A stretch of 63,585 nucleotides of DNA, the filler included, from Octopus bimaculoides (taxonomy: Eukaryota), in the NCBI RefSeq assembly GCF_001194135.2. It is 9 parts of 9 records of this genome, joined end to end, with 100 filler letters (N's around TTAATTAATTAA, not from the genome) between each part and the next. Parts side by side here need not be neighbours in the genome. Positions count along the whole stretch, not along the records: positions 48,165 to 54,737 come from NC_068981.1; positions 54,838 to 60,145 come from NW_026362612.1; positions 60,246 to 63,585 come from NC_068988.1; 6 more parts are not named here. One strand, 5' to 3'. How positions within the stretch are numbered: the stretch's first letter is position 1; every line of letters starts with the position of its first letter. Positions 50,583-62,372 of this stretch are shown here, one piece after another. A program made the translations under genes and the position numbers. Under the pieces are notes generated by a model. It searched no databases and had not been told where the DNA came from. It saw only the letters and a program-made list of their open reading frames with translations.

Positions 50583-51794
50583 TGCAGTGTGGAAGGTGTT
50601 TATAAGCCATTTAAGAAACACACAAAATCCGTTAGATTCATNNNNNNNNNNNNNNNNNNNNNNNNNNNNNNNNNNNNNNNNNNNNNNNNNNNNNNNNNNN
50701 NNNNNNNNNNNNNNNNNNNNNNNNNNNNNNNNNNNNNNNNNNNNNNNNNNNNNNNNNNNNNNNNNNNNNNNNNNNNNNNNNNNNNNNNNNNNNNNNNNNN
50801 NNNNNNNNNNNNNNNNNNNNNNNNNNNNNNNNNNNNNNNNNNNNNNNNNNNNNNNNNNNNNNNNNNNNNNNNNNNNNNNNNNNNNNNNNNNNNNNNNNNN
50901 NNNNNNNNNNNNNNNNNNNNNNNNNNNNNNNNNNNNNNNNNNNNNNNNNNNNNNNNNNNNNNNNNNNNNNNNNNNNNNNNNNNNNNNNNNNNNNNNNNNN
51001 NNNNNNNNNNNNNNNNNNNNNNNNNNNNNNNNNNNNNNNNNNNNNNNNNNNNNNNNNNNNNNNNNNNNNNNNNNNNNNNNNNNNNNNNNNNNNNNNNNNN
51101 NNNNNNNNNNNNNNNNNNNNNNNNNNNNNNNNNNNNNNNNNNNNNNNNNNNNNNNNNNNNNNNNNNNNNNNNNNNNNNNNNNNNNNNNNNNNNNNNNNNN
51201 NNNNNNNNNNNNNNNNNNNNNNNNNNNNNNNNNNNNNNNNNNNNNNNNGACCAAATTCTATTTTTTTTTCATTTAATTAATTATTCCCTTTGAATCTCTG
51301 GTTTTTACATTTTCTCCCAAAATTTCAAAGGGTGAAAATTAAAAATACAGCTATTATAAATTCTTCATAAGATTACGTGCAAGATGGAGTCTAGAGTAAA
51401 AGTAGAGAGCTGAGTTCACAAGCTGATGTTAACTCTCTGTTTTCCTATCACTTATACTCTTGAGAAAGGCATGAATATTACAACCTCAAAGATCACCATC
51501 TCCAGTTGAATTCTACACAAAAGTAAAAAGACATCCCTCATTCTACTGTTTCATTTGTGTGGATACCACTTGGTGCTTCAAACTTGCTATAGTATTATCA
51601 TTTTATTATAAGTAGCTAAGTTGATGGAAATACTTCACAGAATTGCTTTTACTTATTTGAAGTCGCTCTGCTACATCAGCTACCTTGCAACGTGGGCGAT
51701 ATAATGATATATTGAATTTATTGCCTACAGTGCTCAAGTGCACAACAACTCATCAGAAAATGTGAGCAAAACATTGTAAGCAAAACAATGAGGG

Positions 51795-52005
51795 CGGAAA
51801 GCTGGCAGAAAGGTTAGCACGCCGGGCGAAATGCTTAGCGGTATTTTGTCTGCCGTTACGTTCTGAGTTCAAATTCCACCGAGGTCGACTTTGCCTTTCA
51901 TCCTTTCGGGGTCGATAAATTAAGTACCAGTTACGCACTGGGGTCGATGTAATCGACTTAATCACTTTGTCTGTCCTTGTTTGTCCCCCTCTATGTTTAG
52001 CCCCT
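51795..52005 (+). mobile_element. SINE family B, young-looking copy
   Basis: Near-identical to 18078-18310. Confidence 0.93.
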
Positions 52006-52029
52006 NNNNNNNNNNTACAGTTGGCAAAT

Positions 52030-52300
52030 TTCAGGAAGCATGGAAGTTTTGAAGAATGTAGTGTTTTGTTAGCTAACAAGTGCTTCATGCATTTTTTTCC
52101 AACGACCTGCTTCACAGCTCAAAGAGGGTCCTTGTTGACTTGTGTGAGGTGCCGTTGATTCCTCTCCTTTGTTGGTGAATTGTACAACCACTGTTGACTA
52201 TGGCAAGAGGAATCTCAAAGATTTGTGCAATCTGATACAGGCTAAGTCCATCCATAAACTGACCCACATTACATCCTCTTCAAAAATCAGACAACTCTTT
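52030..52300 (-). pseudogene. Decayed Tc1-like transposase N-terminus
   Basis: ELSDF(E)...GQFMDGLSLYQIAQIFEIPLAIV resembles Tc1 ELSDFERGxIVG...GxSxxEIA...IPxSTV; frameshifted. Confidence 0.5.
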
Positions 52301-52342
52301 TGCTTCCAGTGTTTGTTAATATTCTGAAATCTGAAATGAAAG

Positions 52343-52722
52343 ATTGTATGGTAAGAAGCTTGCTGCCCAACCACATGGTTCCGAGTTCAGTCCCACTGCA
52401 TGGCACCTTGGGCAGGTGTCTTCTACTGTAGCCTTGGGCCAGCCAAAGACTTGTGAGTGGATTTGGATGATGGAAACTGTAAGAAGCCCATCACATATAT
52501 ATGTGTGTGTATGTGTGTGTGTGTGTGTGTTCCCCCACCATTACTTGACAACTGATGTTGGTGTGTTTACGTACCCGTAACTTAGTGGTTTGGCAAAAGA
52601 GGCCGATAAAGTAAGTACTAGGCTTACAAAGAATAAGTCCTGGGGTTGATTTGTTCAACTAAAGCTGGTGCTCCAGCATGGCTGCAGGCAAATGACTGAA
52701 ACAAATAAAAGAATAAAAGAAT
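52343..52722 (+). mobile_element. SINE family A, full length
   Basis: Head, core, microsatellite and tail present. Confidence 0.9.
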
Positions 52723-52784
52723 AGCAAGTCTGAAGCCAATATAACTAATCACACACAAAGGAAGAAGCACTGTAGAGTATCTTC

Positions 52785-52982
52785 TTTGATATTTTACTTG
52801 ATTCAGCCACTGGGCTGTGGCCATGCTGGGGCACTGCCTAGAAGGGTGCAGTTGAACAAATTGATCCCAATACTTATGTTTAAGTCTGGTTCTTATTCTA
52901 TTGGCCTCTGCTAAGTTATGGAAATGTAAACAAACCAACACTGGTTGTCAAGCAGAGGAGGAGGACAAACGGAAAAGCAAAG

Positions 52983-53028
<46 letters not shown>

Positions 53029-53204
53029 AACAACCAAACGACGGGCTTCCACATAGTTCCTGTCTTTCAAATTTGCTCACAAGGCACTGGTCGGCCCAGG
53101 ACTATAGTTAAAGACTCTTCTCCAAGGTACTGTGCAATGAGATTGAACCTGAAGCCATGTGGTTGCAAAGCAAGCTTCTTAATCACATGACCATACCTGC
53201 ACCT
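52785..53204 (-). mobile_element. SINE family A, full length, inverted relative to the adjacent copy
   Basis: Reverse complement of tail, (CA)n, core and head. Confidence 0.85.
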
Positions 53205-53491
53205 ATCTAAATTTTTTTTTTTTTAGAAATCTGTGCATTTATCTATAAAATGAAATCAACCACTCCACAGTGAAGTGGAACCTGCTGTCATCTAAGCAGA
53301 CTGAGACAATTGTATGTTTTACTAAAGAATATATGCAACACAATTGCTTTAGTAAGTAATAAAGTTTGAGCTCACCAGTGTAGGCTTTGCTAAAAATATG
53401 TTGGCATGAATAATAAGCAAGGATTCATTCCGTCAGTGATAAGTCACAACCTTTGGCCTATTGTTATATTGGGATCCTACCTCTGATTCAA

Positions 53492-53492
53492 T

Positions 53493-53529
<37 letters not shown>

Positions 53530-53701
53530 GCTGCCGCTGCTACTACTACTACTACTACTACCACTACCACTACTACTACTACTACTACTGCTACTGCTGC
53601 TGCTGCTACTACTACTACTACCACTACCACTACTACTACTACTACTACTGCTACTGCTGCTGCTGCTACTACTACTACTACCACTACCACTACTACTACT
53701 A
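53492..53701. repeat. (CTA/CTG)n tract with a 60-bp higher-order unit
   Basis: 53581-53640 is identical to 53641-53700; 53521-53580 is a variant. Confidence 0.93.
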
Positions 53702-54329
53702 NNNNNNNNNNNNNNNNNNNNNNNNNNNNNNNNNNNNNNNNNNNNNNNNNNNNNNNNNNNNNNNNNNNNNNNNNNNNNNNNNNNNNNNNNNNNNNNNNNN
53801 NNNNNNNNNNNNNNNNNNNNNNNNNNNNNNNNNNNNNNNNNNNNNNNNATACAGGTTTTCACCCCATGAACTATTAAAACATTATGAACCTAATGAACAT
53901 TAAAACAATGCATAATCTTTTTTTTTTTTTTTATTCATTCAAAACAATGTCCCACTAGAACACTTCAATCTTTGCTTTTTAAACCATTGTCTATGAGAAA
54001 ATGGGAGACCATCTACAAGGGTACATTAACCTTAACAAAGGGTCATTTTGCCTCTGTATGACCAATACTGCACGAGAGTAGCTAGAGTATGTGCTGCCTG
54101 GGGCAGCTCTTCTGTTTACTACCCTCAGACCCCACAATAACCATATTACCTATACCAGACCCAAAAGTGTCACCCCTTTAAAAGTGCCGCATGGGGCAGA
54201 CCACCCCTACTGCCCACCCACCAGCTATGCTAGTGACTCTACTCTATCGTATGAAATCCCTCACTCTTACCAAAACAACCTTCACTCATGGCTGAGAAAT
54301 GAACTTCTTAATCAAAATGGAATGGTTTC

Positions 54330-54737
54330 AAATTTTGGCATAAAGACAGTTATTTCGAGGGGTGGGGCTTAGTTGGTCAAATCAGCTCCAGAGCTCAATG
54401 CGTACTTATTTTATTGTCCATGGAGGGATGGAAAGCAAATTTGACCTCAGCAGACTTTGAACTCAGAATATAAAGAACTGAAAGAAATCCTACTAAAAAT
54501 AGTGTCTGGTGCTCTACCAGTTCACTACCTTCTTAAAGAAAGTAACAGTTCTTTCTAATATTTGACTCAAGTTCAGCAATATTGAGGGGCGTGGTGCAAG
54601 TCAATTACATTGACCCCAGTACTTGATTAGTACTTTATTTTATTGACCCTGAAAGGATGAAAGGCAAAGTTGACCTCAGTGGAATTTGAACTCAGAATAT
54701 AAAGAACTGAAAGAAATCCTACTAAAAATAGTGTCTG
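54330..54737 (-). mobile_element. Two tandem SINE family B copies sharing an identical block of about 50 bp
   Basis: GAACTCAGAATATAAAGAACTGAAAGAAATCCTACTAAAAATAGTGTCTG at about 54460 and about 54688. Confidence 0.8.
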
Positions 54738-54864
54738 NNNNNNNNNNNNNNNNNNNNNNNNNNNNNNNNNNNNNNNNNNNNTTAATTAATTAANNNNNNN
54801 NNNNNNNNNNNNNNNNNNNNNNNNNNNNNNNNNNNNNATATATATATATATATAATACAAAAGG

Positions 54865-55290
54865 CGTGGTGCTGTGGTCAAGAAGTTCGCTTTGCAACCA
54901 CGTGGTTTCAAGTCCAGTCCCACTATGTGGCACCTTGGTCAAGTATTCGCTAATTATAGCCCCAGGCCAACCAAAAAGCTTTTTGAGTGAATTTGGTAGA
55001 CGGAAACTGAGTGGAAGACCGTCGTATATATATATGTATGTGTGTATATATGTGTGACACAGTGGCTGTGTGGGTAAATGTATCTTCATGTTTGATACCC
55101 ACACACCGCTTGACTATCGATGTTGGTTTGTTTACGCTCCCGTAATTTAGCGGTTCGGCAAAAGTCACTGAGAAAATAAGCACCAGGCTTATAAACGAAG
55201 TACTGGGGTCGATTTGTGTGACTAAACGCTTGAAATTGATGCTCCATCTTGGCCGCAGTTCAGCGAATGAAGCAAAATATGGCAGAAGGA
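54865..55290 (+). mobile_element. SINE family A, full length, diverged
   Basis: Head, core, microsatellite and tail align to family A. Confidence 0.85.
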
Positions 55291-56889
55291 TAACAATGGA
55301 GTGATCCATAATCCAGAGATTTTATTATCGATTTTTAAGAACAAAATCCAGATTTTTTAAAATATCTCAAATTTAATAACTAAACGTTAATATGGAGTAA
55401 ATCTATACATTTTAGCCGTCGCTTCATCCATATATGAATTAAATGTGTTAAATACATAAGACGGTCGTAGACGCTGGCCGTGGTTATGCAAAATCGTTAA
55501 CAGTTAATGTAGAAAAAGCTAAAGAGAATACAAATATACTTGAAACGGCTATCAAGTCGATCCCTCTTTTCCGGCTCACTTTGAGGATGTATAAACGCGA
55601 TAGATGCCCGCGACCGTCTTGTGGTCTTATGCATTTTCACTTTCATTTATAAATTTAATTTATAAATATTATAAACGATTAAAATCTATGGGTATACTCC
55701 ATGGTAAAATTTAGCATGAAAAATAATCACTGCTGACACATCAGTAATTAAAAAATGAATGCAAAATCAATGTATAATGCCACGTGGTAAAAAAAAAGGT
55801 AAAAAAAAACTATCAATGTTTTGAGCATAAGCTCTTATTCAAGATAAAGAGACGTATTACGAAAGGGAGAGCAATAAAAAAATATATATGATGTCTCTGA
55901 GTTATGTGATGAAAATGAATGTATTGGTTTATGAATGTATTGGTTTATGATTTCTCTTTAGAGAACAGCGGAAGTGAACTGAGCGACAAAAATATTGGAC
56001 AATTGATGTATGCGAAATATGGGATGTACAAGAAAATGAAGGCTGTAAACAATAAATATTAACAGGTAGGTTTTGATTAGCATGCGGAGCACATCGCTTT
56101 CATCCACTTCATCATCACTTAACGTCCAATTTTTTCCATTCTTGCAAGAGTCAGACAAAATTTTGAGGCAGATTTTCTACGGCTGGATACCCTAACTGTC
56201 GTCAACCCTCACGTATTTCCAAGCAAGATTGCAAACGCATTGCATTTGGTTGAATGACGGCGGTGTTCGTTTAAAGCATCACGTTATGTCCACACAAGGA
56301 TATGCACGTACACACATACCTACACGTGTGTGTGCGTGTGTGTGTGTATACCCCTGTCTAGACATCATATGATGGATATAAACGAGCATCACTGTAACAC
56401 AAGTGATGTTTGTATATCATAATGATAAAATAAATAAATAAATAAATAAATAAATAACACAAATGGATTACCTAGTTTTGCTACAATCGTTTTGTTACGA
56501 GTCTTTGAGACATAAGCGTACTTCAGTTAGATTGCGTAATATGTTACATAACTCCCAACTCATCAGGCTACCAAATAAACAGAGGAGCATCGACTCCTGA
56601 ATTAATCAACAGTTCATCAACAAATGTGTGTGTGTGATACAAGTTGGAAGGATACATACAATAAATGATGCATTTCTCAACAACGTAGTCACTTCCATGA
56701 CTATAAGTTTCGCGGTTCCGTTCTTCAAACGAAATCGGACGAATAAAAATATAACATCGTTAATAAAAATATTGAGATGACGGGACCAATAAATAAAAAC
56801 GAAGTATTTCCTAGGACCAGGTATGAAAAGAGAATTAAATATGTATATGCATGCGTGTTCCTGTGTATGTGTGTGTGTGTGCATATATA

Positions 56890-57045
56890 TATATTCTTTT
56901 ACTTGTCTCAGTCATTTGACTGCGGCCATGCTAGGGCACCGCCTTTCGTCGAACAAATTGACCCCAGGACTTATTCTTTGTTAGCCTAGTTCTTATTCCA
57001 TCGTACTTTTTGCCGACCGCTAAGTTACTGGGACGTAAACACACG
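56890..57045 (-). mobile_element. SINE family A, 3' half
   Basis: Reverse complement of the family A tail. Confidence 0.85.
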
Positions 57046-57468
57046 CTAATTGCTTGAACTGTATAAAGTAGATAACTATGCCATTTATTTCTTCATTATA
57101 TATATATAAATATATATATATGTATGTATGTATATATAGATATGTATGTATGTATATATAGATATGTATGTATGTATGTATATATAGATATGTGTGTATG
57201 TATGTATCAACACGCTTTCTAAAGCTACAAGAGAGTTTCCTGATCTTCGGAGGCAACTGGACTCGTGCCATGTTCATACAGGCACTCTCAACGTGTGGGG
57301 TAGTGAATGGGTATATATATATGTATGTATATATACACATGCAAAGTGCCGAGATTATACGCAAATCTATACATTATGTGTATGTACGCACATATATATA
57401 AAATATATATACCCATATACACACATATGTACATACATATGTACACGCACATTACGTATGTGTGCATG

Positions 57469-57499
<31 letters not shown>

Positions 57500-57753
57500 C
57501 TTGATATCAACATACAGACCTACATATTCATATGCAGATATAGATACATATACATTTATACACACACACACACACACAGCCACATATAATGATAAGGAGG
57601 TTGATAATGCCACCCCTCTGTCAGTATTCGGGTTGTTCCCGTCACCATGACGTACTTATTGTCTTGTCCAGCGGTACCCGGGGTCATTAAGTACAGTTGC
57701 CAGAGATCTTACAATAGATGTGGGACAGACTTTTGGTGCCATTCTTTGACTTG

Positions 57754-57806
<53 letters not shown>

Positions 57807-57819
57807 NNNNNNNNNNTTG

Positions 57820-57871
<52 letters not shown>

Positions 57872-57951
57872 CTGTGTGTGTGTGCGTGTGTATAAATTGT
57901 GCTACTTATAAATAATGTATAGACACACATGTATATATGTATATATATATA

Positions 57952-57983
<32 letters not shown>

Positions 57984-58264
57984 TATATAGATAGATATAT
58001 AAATATACTTCACAATTTCGTGCTGTTACTGTTTACATCTCGTTCAGAGATTTGTTATTGCTATATAAATATAACTATAATCAAGGGTACTAAGAACTGT
58101 ACCAACATGCTAGAAATAGAAGTCAAAATGACTCTAAAACTACATCGAGCAGGCCACTCATATGACCGTTATTTTTATGATTTTATATATATATGATGTA
58201 ACCAGATGTGAATCGTTGGCGATTTTTTTCCCCTCCGTCTTCCTTTTCTATTGGACTTTCCTCT

Positions 58265-58300
58265 GTTTCTGAAGAAGAGCGTCTGCTCGAAACGTTAAAC
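58265..58300 (+). ncRNA. Minimal type I hammerhead ribozyme with intact core (PLE type)
   Basis: GUUU CUGAAGA A GAGC gucu GCUC GAAAC GUU AAAC: stem I GUUU/AAAC, canonical CUGANGA and GAAA, 4-bp stem II, loopless palindromic stem III ACGU. Confidence 0.8.
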
Positions 58301-58494
58301 CATCTTTCTTTNNNNNNNNNNTGTATATATAAACTTATATATAATGTGTATGTATGTATGTATGTATGTATGTATGTATATACAAACAATTATGCATGCT
58401 CAAAATCGTAATTATGCGTATATACAATAATGCTTTATACGTGTGTTTATGTATATGTAGAACCTCGCTTGGCCCTACCTAAAATTCGATGTGC

Positions 58495-58567
58495 GTGTGT
58501 AAGAGAGACAGAGAGAGAGAGAGAGAGGGAGAGAGAGAGAGTATTGAAGAGAGAGAGAGAGTATTGA

Positions 58568-58598
<31 letters not shown>

Positions 58599-58643
58599 AA
58601 GAGAGAGAGAGAAAGAGAGAGAGAGAGAAAGAGAGAGAGAGAA

Positions 58644-58706
<63 letters not shown>

Positions 58707-58720
58707 AAGAGAGAGAGAGT
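58495..58720. repeat. (GA)n tract with GAAA interruptions
   Basis: Read directly from the sequence. Confidence 0.95.
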
Positions 58721-58921
58721 ATGCGCGTGACCTAGTAGTTTAGATATTAAGCTCACAATTGTAAATTCGTGAGTTCGATTCCTGGCGGCGCAATGTGACC
58801 TTGAACGAGACACTTTATTTCGCGCTGCTCCAAAAACGAGTGGTACCAGTAATTCAAAAGAGACCAGCCTTTTCACATTGTGTGTCACATTGAATTTCCC
58901 TGAGAACCACGTTAAGGGTGT

Positions 58922-59210
58922 CGTAGGTGTCATCAAACAGGAAATAACTGTTCTCAAGTATAAACTTTAAAATTTCAATAATAAAAACCTGCTTTATACG
59001 TTCCGGAAGTTCTTCGGGGTACTTTTCCAGCCAAAATTTTATTGCTTCTATCCCATCATCTATGAGTGAGGGTGGATTGTGTCTCTCGGCTGTTGGTGTA
59101 AAGATTAATAACATCGAAGAAAGCCATTAGTGTCTCTTCATTAGATGTTTTCAGCATGTCTAGATCGTCTCCAGTAAAACTTTTGATTGATTTCAACAAG
59201 TGTATTTCAA
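58922..59210 (-). mobile_element. Penelope-like element RT fragment, N-terminal RT motifs
   Basis: IKSFTGDDLDML...ETLMAFFDVINLYTN, then ...DDGIEAIKFWLEKYPEELPERIKQVFIIEILKFILENSYFLFDDTY (PLE DVxxLYTNIP...NxFxF). Confidence 0.85.
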
Positions 59211-59214
59211 CATA

Positions 59215-59379
59215 AGCGCAGGAGCGGCTGTGTGGTAAGTAGCTTGCTTACCAACCACATGGTTCCGGGTTCAGTCCCACTGCGTGGCACCTTGGGCAAG
59301 TGTCTTCTACTATAGCCTCGGGCCGACCAAAGCCTTGTGAGTGGATTTGGTAGACGGAAACTGAAAGAAGCCCGTCATA

Positions 59380-59448
<69 letters not shown>

Positions 59449-59670
59449 CTATATGTTTGTGTGTCTGTGTTTGTCCCCCCAACATCGCTTGACACCCGAT
59501 GGTGGTGTGTTTACGTCCCCGTAACTTAGCGGTTCGGCAAAACAGACCGATAGAATAAGTACTAGGCTTACAAAGAATAAGTCCTGGGGGTCGATTTGAT
59601 TCGACTAAAGGCGGTGCTCCAGCATGGCCGCAGTCAAATGACTGAAACAAGCAAAAGAGTAAAAAGAGTA
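59215..59670 (+). mobile_element. SINE family A, full length (reference copy)
   Basis: tRNA-like A box (GGCTGTGTGGT) and B box (GGGTTCAGTCCC), MIR/CORE-like CCTTGGGCAAGT, central (AT)n(GT)n, tail AAAAGAGTAAAAAGAG. Confidence 0.93.
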
Positions 59671-60113
59671 TCTTGGTCGGCTTTATGATCCTTCCAGCCG
59701 ACCCTCCTAGGCCTGGTCGACCAGGACTGGCCTGGGGCTACACAACAACCGCCCTTAAACAAGCAACAAGTTTGAGGTTTATTAAAAATCAACCGCTTGC
59801 CTTCTCTCCCCACCCACATAGCGTCTACCCGTATATTCGCCACCCGTATAAAACAGATTAACTACTCACAACAACAAGACGGTGAGAAAGGCCGGGTAGA
59901 AGCCTTAACTTCATGGGTATATGTTTGTATACACGTGTGTGTGTGTGTGTGTGTGTGTGCGGGTATGTTTGTATATACATGTACATGTCAGTGTATGTCT
60001 ACGCGTTTATATATATATGTGTGTATATTTGTATATATGTGTTTATATGTTTTTCTGTGAGTGTGTGTGTGTGTATAAGTTTCTATATATATATGTGCGT
60101 GTATATATGTTTG

Positions 60114-60145
<32 letters not shown>

Positions 60146-60245
60146 NNNNNNNNNNNNNNNNNNNNNNNNNNNNNNNNNNNNNNNNNNNNTTAATTAATTA
60201 ANNNNNNNNNNNNNNNNNNNNNNNNNNNNNNNNNNNNNNNNNNNN

Positions 60246-61329
60246 AAGAATAGCCTGGGCAAACTTCAGAGAGCTCTTACCTCTGCTGGTGACAAAGGGC
60301 CTCTCGCTCAGAGTAAAAGGCACACTGTATGACGCATGTGTACGAACAGCCATGCTACATGGCAGTGAAACATGGGTCATGACTGCTGAGGACATGTGTA
60401 AGCTCATAAGGAATGAAGCCAGTATGCTCCGCTGGATGTGTAATGTCAGTGTGAATACTCGACAGAGTGTAAGTACCTTGAGAGAAAAGTTGGACCTAAG
60501 AATCATCAGATGTGGTGTGCAAGAGAGACGACTGCACTGGTATGGTCATATGATGAGAATGGATGAGGATAGATGTGTGAAAAAGTGCCACACCCTAGCG
60601 ATTGAGAGAACCTGTGGAAGGGCTAGACCCAAGAAGACCTGGGATGAGGTGGTGAAGCATGACCTTTGAACATTAGGCCTCACTGAGGCAATGAGTAGTG
60701 ACCGAGACCTTTGGAAATATGCAGTGCGTGAGAAGACCCAGCAAGCAGTGGCCTATGCCAGGGGTGTAACAGGGCCACTTATGCATACCTTTCCTTCATT
60801 GGACACTAAACTCTGCTTGCGAAGACCTGTTGAGGTAATCGAAATTGAATCAAATCTGATGACTGGCACCCGTGCCAGTGGAGCACTAAGGGCACCATCC
60901 AAGCATGGTTCTTGCCAGAGCAGCTGACTGGCTTCCGTGCCAGTGGCACACAAAAAGCACTATTCAACCGTGATCGTTACCAGTGTCGCCTTACTGGCAC
61001 TTGTGCTGGTGACATATGAAAAATCATTCGAGCAAGGTTGTTGCCATTACCGTTGGACTGGCTCCTGTGCAGGTGGCATGTAAAAAACACCATTTGAGCA
61101 TGGCCATTGCCAGTACAACCTGACTGGCCCTCATGTCAGTGGCACGTCAAACCACTCACTACACTCTCAGAGTGGTTGGCGTTAGGAAGGGTATTCAGCT
61201 GTAGAAACTCTGCCAGATCAGATTGGAGTCTAGTGCAGCCATCTAGTTCGCCAGTCCTCAATCAAATCGTCCAACCCATGCTAACATGGAAAGCAGACGT
61301 TAAACGATGATGATGATGATGATGATGAT
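60246..61329 (+). mobile_element. RTE-clade LINE 3' portion: ORF C-terminus, structured 3' UTR, (GAT)n tail
   Basis: Open frame ...LRVKGTLYDACVRTAMLHGSETW...EASMLRWMCNV...QERRLHWYGHMMRMDEDRCVKK...RARPKKTWDEVVKHDL* (stop at 60667-60669), typical of RTE. Confidence 0.93.
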
Positions 61330-61656
61330 NNNNNNNNNNNNNNNNNNNNNNNNNNNNNNNNNNNNNNNNNNNNNNNNNNNNNNNNNNNNNNNNNNNNNNN
61401 NNNNNNNNNNNNNNNNNNNNNNNNNNNNNNNNNNNNNNNNNNNNNNNNNNNNNNNNNNNNNNNNNNNNNNNNNNNNNNNNNNNNNNNNNNNNNNNNNNNN
61501 NNNNNNNNNNNNNNNNNNNNNNNNNNNNNNNNNNNNNNNNNNNNNNNNNNNNNNNNNNNNNNNNNNNNNNNNNNNNNNNNNNNNNNNNNNNNNNNNNNNN
61601 NNNNNNNNNNNNNNNNNNNNNNNNNNNNNNNNNNNNNNNNNNNNNNNNNNNNNNGG

Positions 61657-62200
61657 TACAGGATGTCACAAACAGTAAACAACATGAAATACGAAAGCAA
61701 ATGAGTTCAATGCACAAACAACAAGAGAAACAAATGGAAAACAGGACAAGTAACATAAAGAACGACCCTTCATCAGTTTCCAGCTGTCTATCTACTCCTC
61801 ATTTCAACCATTGAATGGCAATATGACTCTTCGAAGGTAGTTGCTCCCACGAAAACCAAAATAAAATTTGGGATTTATGGAGGGCCAAAGTTGGGAATGA
61901 AAACAGGACAGTGGAGACATACAAGGAAACCAAATGAAAACAAACATGGAGGGTCCTTAGACCAGAACGAGCGTAAAATAGCGAACACTGGAGAAATACT
62001 TTCTTTGACAAGAGATAAGATAGGAGAGAGAGATAAATAAGATACACCCAGCCTCTAGGACAGCCCTGAAAGAAAAGAAAGACAATCGTGTGAGGAAAAG
62101 AAAGACAATTGTGTGAGGAAAAGAAAGATGGACGATGGTCACATGTGAGCAACGATAGAGAGGAGAAAGAGGTGGAGAGAGAGACAGATAGAAAACGGTG
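61657..62200 (-). mobile_element. PLE-derived pseudo-LTR-like segment
   Basis: Minus strand is pyrimidine-rich with CUGAUGAAGGG at about 61766-61776; the partner GAAAC is not visible and may lie in the gap. Confidence 0.35.
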
Positions 62201-62239
62201 AAGGGGAGGAAAAAGGAATTAGAGAAAGAATGGGCAGTG

Positions 62240-62372
62240 CTTATTTTATCAGCCTTGAAAAGATGGAAACAAAGTCAATCTTGGCAAGATTTGAACTAGA
62301 ATGTAGAGATCAACAAAATGCCACTAAGCAACTTGCCTGACATGCTAACGACTCTGCCAGCTTGCCACCTTA
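62240..62372 (-). mobile_element. SINE family B, 5' part
   Basis: Reverse complement of the head through ataaaataagc. Confidence 0.8.

Noticed and set aside
56515-56569. Minus-strand AGC CUGAUGA GUUGG...CUAAC U GAAGUAC GCU
   Set aside because: Stems I and II are plausible but the GAAAC/NUH half is broken. At best a dead relic.
57750-57865. TTGCTGTGTG...(GT)n repeated on both sides of a 10-N gap
   Set aside because: Overlap artefact at a microsatellite-induced gap.
59215-59290. tRNA-gene-like A and B boxes here and at other SINE heads
   Set aside because: No cloverleaf can be drawn and each continues into a SINE body.
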